Position numbers and translations under genes: made by a program
Shown here: positions 7,133 to 13,430 of the stretch, in pieces
Layout of the letters: the number at the start of each line of letters is the position of its first letter
Numbering within the stretch: position 1 is the stretch's first letter
The notes under the pieces: model-generated
Told to the model about the DNA's origin: nothing
What the model saw: only the letters and a program-made list of their open reading frames with translations
The model's database searches: none
Origin: Promethearchaeati archaeon
GTDB taxonomy: Archaea; Asgardarchaeota; Heimdallarchaeia; Heimdallarchaeales; Heimdallarchaeaceae
Direction of reading: 5' to 3'
Length of the DNA stretch: 13,430 bases
NCBI GenBank assembly: GCA_013166775.1
Contig: JABLTJ010000048.1
Span: forward strand, 1-13,430

Positions 7133-8821
7133 TTATAAGTGATACTTAAATTCCATCTCTTTTGTAAGATCTACTGATGGATCTATTATACAAACCAATT
7201 TGAACAACTCATCAATAAGGACTTTAACGTTTTCAGAATAGTCAATAAGTAGATCAATTACATGTACTCCTTTGGAGTTCAGACATTTTTGTAAAAGTGG
7301 CAATAATTCTTCAGTCTTCAGTACTCTATGCCCCTTTGCTCCATAACTTTCTGCATATTTTACGAAATCCGGATTTGTGAAATCCAATCCCCAATCCTCA
7401 AATTTCATGATTTTTTGCTTCCATTTTATCATACCATAAGCGCTATCATTAACGATTAAAACAGTTAAATCAAGATTTAATCTCACTGCTGTTTCTAATT
7501 CTTGTGAATTCATAAGAAATCCTCCATCACCACAAATAGCTAGAACTTTCTTCTTTGGATAAACAATCTTTGCTGCTATTGCTGATGGTAAACCTGCACC
7601 CATGGATGCTAAAGCATTATCTAGGATAATAGAATTCGGTTTATAAGCGTGATAATTTCTGGCAAACCATATCTTGTATATTCCATTATCTAATGTAATA
7701 ATTCCATCTTCGGGAACAGCTGTTCTAACATCCGAGATTAATCTCTGCGGTTTGACAGGAAAGTCATTACAATCTTGGCCTTGATGAGTATGTTTATCAA
7801 CTTCTTCCTTAACTTTTTTGAAATATCTAAAATCCCACTTTTGATTAACAGTAATTTTTTTAGCTATTTTTGAAACAGAATTTGCGATATCTCCAATGAC
7901 TTCAATTTGAGGAAAATAGACATCATCTATGTGAGCTTTGAAGAAATTTACATGAATAACAGTTGTCTCACCATGATGCATAAAGAAAGGAGGTTTTTCA
8001 ATAATATCATGACCAACATTGATAATTAAATCAGATTTTCGAATTGCACAATGAAGATAATCATTATCCGATAAAGCTGCAGTACCTAAAAAAAGAGGGT
8101 GTCTTTCATCCACTGCACCTTTAGCCATTTGAGTATTGAAAAAAGGTATCCCTGTTTTATCTATAAAATCATCTAAAGCATTCTGTACTCTCTTCCTATT
8201 GGCTCCTGCGCCTATTAGTAACAAGGGGTATTTAGCTGATTCGATCTTCTTTATAGCAGAAGCAATAGCTTGTTTATCAGCTGTTGGACGTCTAATATCA
8301 TGTTTCTCAAAAAGAGTAGCAGAGGTTTCTTCCCTAGCTATATCTTCAGGTAATTCTATATGAACAGCTCCAGGTCTTTCTTCTTCAGCTAATCTGAATG
8401 CTTCTCTAACTACAGAAGGGATTGCATTACCATTTACTATTTGTTTAGTGAAATAAGTTAAAGGCTTCATCATATTGACAATATCAACGATTTGAAATCT
8501 GCCTTGTTTGCTACTTTTTATCGGTTTCTGCCCTGTAATCATCACTAAGGGCATACCACCCAATTGAGCATAGGCAGCTGCTGTTACAAGATTTGTTGCT
8601 CCTGGACCTAATGTTGATAAACAGACACCTGCTTTACCTGTAAACCTTCCATAAGTTGCCGCCATAAAACCAGCAGCTTGTTCGTGTCTTGTGAGAATCA
8701 ATTTGATTGAAGATTTTCTGATTGACTCAAGAAAATCTAGATTCTCTTCTCCAGGAATACCAAAGATATATTCCACTCCCTCATTTTCTAGAGCCTTTAC
8801 AAAAAGATCTGACGCTTTCAT
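7133..8821 (-). CDS. ThDP-dependent acetolactate-synthase-large-subunit-like enzyme (possible 2-oxoacid decarboxylase)
   Basis: FGIPGEEN, RHEQ (catalytic Glu), STLGPGATN, ThDP-binding GDGGFLMNSQELET...VND motif, 562 aa. Confidence 0.9.
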   Translation of the reverse strand: MKASDLFVKALENEGVEYIFGIPGEENLDFLESIRKSSIKLILTRHEQAAGFMAATYGRFTGKAGVCLSTLGPGATNLVTAAAYAQLGGMPLVMITGQKPIKSSKQGRFQIVDIVNMMKPLTYFTKQIVNGNAIPSVVREAFRLAEEERPGAVHIELPEDIAREETSATLFEKHDIRRPTADKQAIASAIKKIESAKYPLLLIGAGANRKRVQNALDDFIDKTGIPFFNTQMAKGAVDERHPLFLGTAALSDNDYLHCAIRKSDLIINVGHDIIEKPPFFMHHGETTVIHVNFFKAHIDDVYFPQIEVIGDIANSVSKIAKKITVNQKWDFRYFKKVKEEVDKHTHQGQDCNDFPVKPQRLISDVRTAVPEDGIITLDNGIYKIWFARNYHAYKPNSIILDNALASMGAGLPSAIAAKIVYPKKKVLAICGDGGFLMNSQELETAVRLNLDLTVLIVNDSAYGMIKWKQKIMKFEDWGLDFTNPDFVKYAESYGAKGHRVLKTEELLPLLQKCLNSKGVHVIDLLIDYSENVKVLIDELFKLVCIIDPSVDLTKEMEFKYHL

Positions 8822-8943
8822 TTTTTATCAACAACATTAACTAATATATTATTTATCTACTAATTTATTATTATAGCTGATTTTAGACAAAATATTATGA
8901 ATCGATTGAACATGATCTAAACCAGGGGAATTTATTTAATCCT

Positions 8944-8985
8944 CAATTCTTCTTGAAAGGCGAGAAGGTCAGGTCGATTATGATA
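8944..8985 (+). repeat. Highly degenerate repeat copy Rx (core + right arm)
   Basis: CAATTCTTCTTGAAAGGCGAGAAGGTCAGGTCGATTATGATA aligns ungapped to R3 3327-3368 at 29/42 positions (hand count), same orientation. Confidence 0.6.
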
Positions 8986-9005
8986 TTGAAAGGTTATTTC
9001 TATTT

Positions 9006-9039
9006 TTTATAGCTGTTTAATTTTATCGACAGCTATAAA
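9006..9039. repeat. 11-bp perfect inverted repeat (terminator or operator)
   Basis: TTTATAGCTGT (9006-9016) / ACAGCTATAAA (9029-9039), 12-nt spacer. An extra half-site TTATAGCTG lies at 8871-8879. Confidence 0.6.
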
Positions 9040-9149
9040 GAATGCTGATTATTGTAAATTTAGGTTCTTCTTAGATTCAAAAGTATAATCAAATATGTAT
9101 TTTAATTAGTATTAAAACAATTTTTGAGCAATACTCGAAGAGTAATATA

Positions 9150-11186
9150 TTATGCAGCAGCTCCGTTCTTTGAAGTCATTTCTTTCTCTTGTTTTACTTT
9201 TGCTAATATTTCAGGAGTTATTTTTCCTTCAGCTATCAATTTGTTGAGAGCTTCATCATCAAGTAAACCTCGTTCAAGCAAAGCTAAAGGAGTTAACTCA
9301 ACTTCTTCTTGTTCATCCACAAATTTCTGAAGATCAATTTTTTCAAGTCCTTGAAAAGCGTAATATGTTCTGTAAACATCAGCATAGATTCCATCTAATT
9401 TCATCAACTCTGTGTGATTACCTTCTTCGATCAGTTTTCCATGATCAAGAACGATTATCTTATCTGCATTATGAATTGTTGATAATCGGTGTGCTATGAC
9501 AAATGTTGTCCTGTTTTTGAACAATTTTTCTTGAGCTTCTTGTATTAAAGATTCTGTATATGTATCCAATCTAGATGTGGCTTCATCTAGTATGAGTATT
9601 TCAGGATCCGCTAACATAGTTCGTGCAATAGTGATCATTTGTCTTTGTCCAGCAGAGAGTTGTTTTCCGCCTTCATTTACGATTGTGCTATATCCATTAG
9701 GTAAGGCTTCAATGAAAGCATCTGCTCCTATTAGCTTACAAATTTCAAATACTTCATTATCTGAAGCATCAGGTTTCCCGTAGCGAATATTCTCTATAAT
9801 TGATGATGAGAATAGATATGGTTCTTGAGGAATAAGGCCAAGAGTATTTCGTAGTGATGTTTGGGTAATATCTCTTATATCTTGGTCACCAATTTTTATT
9901 GATCCTTTTTGTATATCAAAAAATCTTGGGATAAGCATACTCGCAATCGTTGTTTTTCCAGCTCCTGTTTCTCCTACTAATGCAACGATTTCTCCATTAT
10001 TTGCGGTAAAACTAATATCTTTTAGAACCCAGTTATCATCATTGTACGCAAACCAAACACTGTCAAAAGTTACTGATCTATCTTCCGACTTTATAGGAAC
10101 TGCAGTCTTTTTATCAGATATAGCTGAAGTAGCCTCTAAAACATCAATAACCCGATCCAAAGAACCTAATGCTGATTGTAATTGTGGAAATGAGAATGAC
10201 AATATAATTACTGGTAGTAAGAATAGATTTGCCAATGTTACTCCAAGGAAGATTTCTCCAGGACTTAGATTTATAGCTCCCCCAGCTAATAAAATTGCTG
10301 CGGTAGCAATTGAAGCTATCATGCCAATTAATGGAAAAACAATGTTTACCATTAGACCAAATTTTATGTTCATTTTATAATGAGTTTCATTTAGTACCCG
10401 CATTTGTTGTGCTTGACCTCCTTCTTGAACAAAGGATTTACTTACGGCTATTCCAGAGATACTTTCAGCCATTTTACCAGAAACTTCACCAAAAGCTTGG
10501 CGAATATTAAGAATGATCCTTCTGCCTATTTTACTAAAAACGAGACTTAGAATGAGTGCTGCTGGTACTGTTCCAATTGTTATAAGTAATATTTGCCAAC
10601 CAGTTCTAACTATTAGAACAATTAATGTTGCAATCAATACCATGAATTGTATACCAACATTGACAATTACTTGGATGCCTGATCCAATTTCTTCTGTATC
10701 ACTAGTTATTCTAGCAGTTATATTACCACTTTGCTCTTTCTTCAAATAAGACATAGAGGAATTTATCAGCTTATGGTAGACATCTTCTCGAATATTTTTA
10801 ATCATATTAGCACGAGCTCTAGCAAGAAAACGAGTACTAATAGATTGCAATATAAATCCAATTAAACCTAACCCAATAAAAATTCCAGCAAATATTCCAA
10901 TAACTGATAATAACGGAAGTGATTGTCCTTCTATTATCTCAACAAAAATTTTACCATCTTCTATAGTTATTGTATCAGGATTTATTGAATCAATTCCTTG
11001 CGAAAGAATGAGAGGGTTTACAAGCTGAATTGCGGCATACAATATACTAATTACGCCTGTACCAATTAATAAACCAGAAAATCCTTTCAGATATTTTAAT
11101 AATTCCCGAGTTAGTTGGCCAATAGGTCTAGTATTCTTCTTTTCTTTGGATGCAATTCGGCTAACAGATGATCCTTCACGACTCAT
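9150..11186 (-). CDS. ABC exporter, fused TMD-NBD, consensus-catalytic subunit of a heterodimer
   Basis: TM domain, Walker A GETGAGKT, signature LSAGQRQ, Walker B ILILDE, switch IAHR. Start directly follows the upstream stop (TAAATG) with GGAGGAG RBS. Confidence 0.95.
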   Translation of the reverse strand: MSREGSSVSRIASKEKKNTRPIGQLTRELLKYLKGFSGLLIGTGVISILYAAIQLVNPLILSQGIDSINPDTITIEDGKIFVEIIEGQSLPLLSVIGIFAGIFIGLGLIGFILQSISTRFLARARANMIKNIREDVYHKLINSSMSYLKKEQSGNITARITSDTEEIGSGIQVIVNVGIQFMVLIATLIVLIVRTGWQILLITIGTVPAALILSLVFSKIGRRIILNIRQAFGEVSGKMAESISGIAVSKSFVQEGGQAQQMRVLNETHYKMNIKFGLMVNIVFPLIGMIASIATAAILLAGGAINLSPGEIFLGVTLANLFLLPVIILSFSFPQLQSALGSLDRVIDVLEATSAISDKKTAVPIKSEDRSVTFDSVWFAYNDDNWVLKDISFTANNGEIVALVGETGAGKTTIASMLIPRFFDIQKGSIKIGDQDIRDITQTSLRNTLGLIPQEPYLFSSSIIENIRYGKPDASDNEVFEICKLIGADAFIEALPNGYSTIVNEGGKQLSAGQRQMITIARTMLADPEILILDEATSRLDTYTESLIQEAQEKLFKNRTTFVIAHRLSTIHNADKIIVLDHGKLIEEGNHTELMKLDGIYADVYRTYYAFQGLEKIDLQKFVDEQEEVELTPLALLERGLLDDEALNKLIAEGKITPEILAKVKQEKEMTSKNGAAA

Positions 11187-13067
11187 TTAATTTACTCCTC
11201 CAGATTTTAATATATCATTCACTTGCGAATCGCTTGGAAGATGACTTAGCATGTACTGGTATTTAATACAGCGACCCAACAATTCTTGATGAGTTCCAAA
11301 ATCAAGAATTTCCCCTTTTTCTAAGAAAATAATCAAATCTGATTCAACTAGAGTGGATAATCTTTGTGTAACGATGATAGAAGTTCTACCTTTTATGAGC
11401 TCTTCCATTGCTAAACGTAAACGAGCTTCAGTTTTTATATCAACAGCACTTGTCGAATCATCCAGTAAAAGCAGCTTAGGATCTGCTAATAAAGCTCGAG
11501 CAATAGCAATTCTTTGCTTCTGTCCACCAGACAGTGAAACACCTCGTTCACTAATAGGAGTATCAAAACCTTCTGGAGATGCTTCAATGAAGCTTAAAGC
11601 TTGAGCTCTTCTTGCTGCTGTTCGTAACTCTTCAAAAGTAGCATCGGGTTTTGAGAATAAAATGTTATCTTTAATCGATGCTGAAAATAAAAAGATGTCT
11701 TGTTCAACGAGTGTAACATCTCTCCTTACATCTTCTGTAGCCATATCTTTAATGGCACATCCATTTAGAAAAATTTCACCTTCAGTGGGATCATATAAAC
11801 GTAACAATAATTTGAGAATACTACTCTTACCAGAACCAGGACCACCAATGATAGCTACTCGAGACCCAGGAGGAATTGTAATATTAATGTTTTTTAGAAC
11901 AAATTTCTCAGTATTAGGATAATTAAAATAAACATTTTTGAAAACGATATTCTTATCCCAATCAGCAACAAGAGGCATTGAAGGTTCCTCTAACCAATCA
12001 TCATATGATAAAATATCCCAGATTCTTTGAGCATTAACTAGTCCGGCTTGTAACATTAGAAGACGCATAGGAACCATGAAATTAAATGTAAGTAGGCTGA
12101 AAAGTAAAGTGAGCATAGCAGCAAGATCACCAGAAGTAATAACCCCTTGAGGTATAAGATAAATTCCAAATCCAAACGAAATACCCATTGCTATTATAAT
12201 CAGCAATGATGGCCAATAAAAAGAACCTAAAAAACCTTCTTTCTTAACATAACCAGCATAATTTTCATTTATTACTCTAAACTTGTTTTCTTCGGTGTTT
12301 TCATTATTAAATGAACGGACAACTTCAATCCCTCGGAATACTTCTTGTGAAGAAGAAGAAATCTTTCCTAATTCTGTAGATAGTTTTCTTCTTACTGGAC
12401 CAATTTTGGAAGCATATCTCCAAGCTAGAAGCACATAGAGGACAAAGCTTACAGTTACACCAACACCTATTTGCCAAACCCCAACTCCAATGTACCTGGT
12501 TCCAATTGGTATTTTAACAAAGAAGTAAACACAAGTTAATGCGATGCTAAGAAAAGTACTTAATAACAATCGGAATGCGGGTTGGTATGCAAGACGAATT
12601 TGAGTAACCTCATTCATCCCCATAGATAATAAAACACCAGAGTCTTTTTCATCATGAAAAGCCATAGAATGCTCCTGGATAACTTCGAAGAATTCCTGAC
12701 GAATATCCCGTTCAATTCTAAAAGCAGCTACAGACCAAATATAAGAACCGAAAAAGCTCACAGCCCAATTAATTACAGCAGCAATTATAACTGATAAGCC
12801 AATCCACAGAAATATACTTGAGAATCCTTCTTTAGTAAAAATATCAATCCCCCAACCTACAAAAATACTAGGAACTAGGCCCAATATACTCGAAATAAGT
12901 AGAAAAAATATAGAAACAAGAAATATACCTGGATATCTTCTTAAGCCTGACCAAAACCAATGGTTAGCTGATCGATATTTTTCTGTTAATAATTTTTGTT
13001 TTGATAAGCCAATAATAGTGTCAGAGACATCACATTGCTCCCCTTCTATGACCAAATACATCACCAT
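11187..13067 (-). CDS. ABC exporter, fused TMD-NBD, degenerate subunit of a heterodimer
   Basis: Walker A GGPGSGKS, signature LSGGQKQ, Walker B LLLLDD (Asp for catalytic Glu), switch VTQR (Gln for His). Exact start uncertain. Confidence 0.95.
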   Translation of the reverse strand: MVMYLVIEGEQCDVSDTIIGLSKQKLLTEKYRSANHWFWSGLRRYPGIFLVSIFFLLISSILGLVPSIFVGWGIDIFTKEGFSSIFLWIGLSVIIAAVINWAVSFFGSYIWSVAAFRIERDIRQEFFEVIQEHSMAFHDEKDSGVLLSMGMNEVTQIRLAYQPAFRLLLSTFLSIALTCVYFFVKIPIGTRYIGVGVWQIGVGVTVSFVLYVLLAWRYASKIGPVRRKLSTELGKISSSSQEVFRGIEVVRSFNNENTEENKFRVINENYAGYVKKEGFLGSFYWPSLLIIIAMGISFGFGIYLIPQGVITSGDLAAMLTLLFSLLTFNFMVPMRLLMLQAGLVNAQRIWDILSYDDWLEEPSMPLVADWDKNIVFKNVYFNYPNTEKFVLKNINITIPPGSRVAIIGGPGSGKSSILKLLLRLYDPTEGEIFLNGCAIKDMATEDVRRDVTLVEQDIFLFSASIKDNILFSKPDATFEELRTAARRAQALSFIEASPEGFDTPISERGVSLSGGQKQRIAIARALLADPKLLLLDDSTSAVDIKTEARLRLAMEELIKGRTSIIVTQRLSTLVESDLIIFLEKGEILDFGTHQELLGRCIKYQYMLSHLPSDSQVNDILKSGGVN

Positions 13068-13248
13068 CTAATCTTAGCTAAAGATACAAATCAATAATAT
13101 TAATACTTATTATATAGAAAATTAGGAAATTAAGACAAAAAATAGCAATTTATTAAATTCATTAGAAAATGCAGAAACTAAAAATTCAAATAAATTTCAT
13201 TTTCACAAAAGAAAATAAAAGATTAATCAAAAAGGTAGTCTCTGCACC

Positions 13249-13309
13249 CACTTCTTCTTTCCGGGCTAGCAGTCCGGTTCGGGAAGGACACGCATAAGTG
13301 AGATGCATT
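13249..13309 (+). repeat. Dispersed repeat copy R5 (core + right arm, divergent left arm)
   Basis: CACTTCTTCTTT at 13249-13260. CTAGCAGTCCGGTTCGGGAAGGACACGC (13266-13293) is identical to 5476-5503. The following ATAAGTG resembles R3 TTAAGTG. Confidence 0.92.
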
Positions 13310-13430
13310 AATCTCTTCACTAAAAAATAGATGAATTTTGAAGTACTACAATATACACTTTAGTATTCTTATTTTTAGAAAAAACTAACTTATGTCTTTA
13401 CTTTTCCTCCTTTTAATGATGAAATAAAGT

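Noticed and set aside
11187-11480. Non-canonical Walker B (DD) and switch (TQR) as signs of an inactive ABC gene
   Set aside because: This is the normal degenerate site of heterodimeric ABC exporters, complemented by the partner subunit.
743-11922. Short ORF-track entries overlapping real genes (743, 4303, 4897, 6389, 8136, 9124, 9577, 10042, 10310, 10513, 11353, 11662)
   Set aside because: Antisense shadows of well-supported CDSs, with no recognisable motifs.
241-13309. CRISPR array interpretation of the repeats
   Set aside because: Copies are mostly kilobases apart, separated by whole genes, variable in length and sequence. No cas genes.

Overview
AT-rich prokaryotic window, probably archaeal and possibly Asgard/Heimdallarchaeia-like. 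This is an inference from GGTGA/GGAG ribosome-binding motifs and from TSP3- and LVIVD/zinc-ribbon membrane proteins. Left to right: the 3' end of a TSP3-repeat membrane-anchored protein (+), a 7-blade LVIVD beta-propeller/3TM/zinc-ribbon protein (-), a broken small-membrane-protein locus related to its C-terminus (-), an orphan ~290-300 aa gene (-), a CBS-domain + CPA2 cation:proton antiporter operon (+), a ThDP-dependent acetolactate-synthase-like enzyme + succinate-semialdehyde-dehydrogenase-like pair (-), and a heterodimeric ABC exporter (-). The most notable signal is non-coding. A dispersed repeat family (core CACACTTCYTC, full unit about 91 nt, imperfectly palindromic) occurs 6-7 times, always in the same orientation. 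It sits in every gap between unrelated gene modules and was not seen within modules. Copies are full, left-half or right-half, which suggests a repeat-delimited gene-cassette array or an undescribed mobile/structured element. No recombinase or transposase is encoded in the window.
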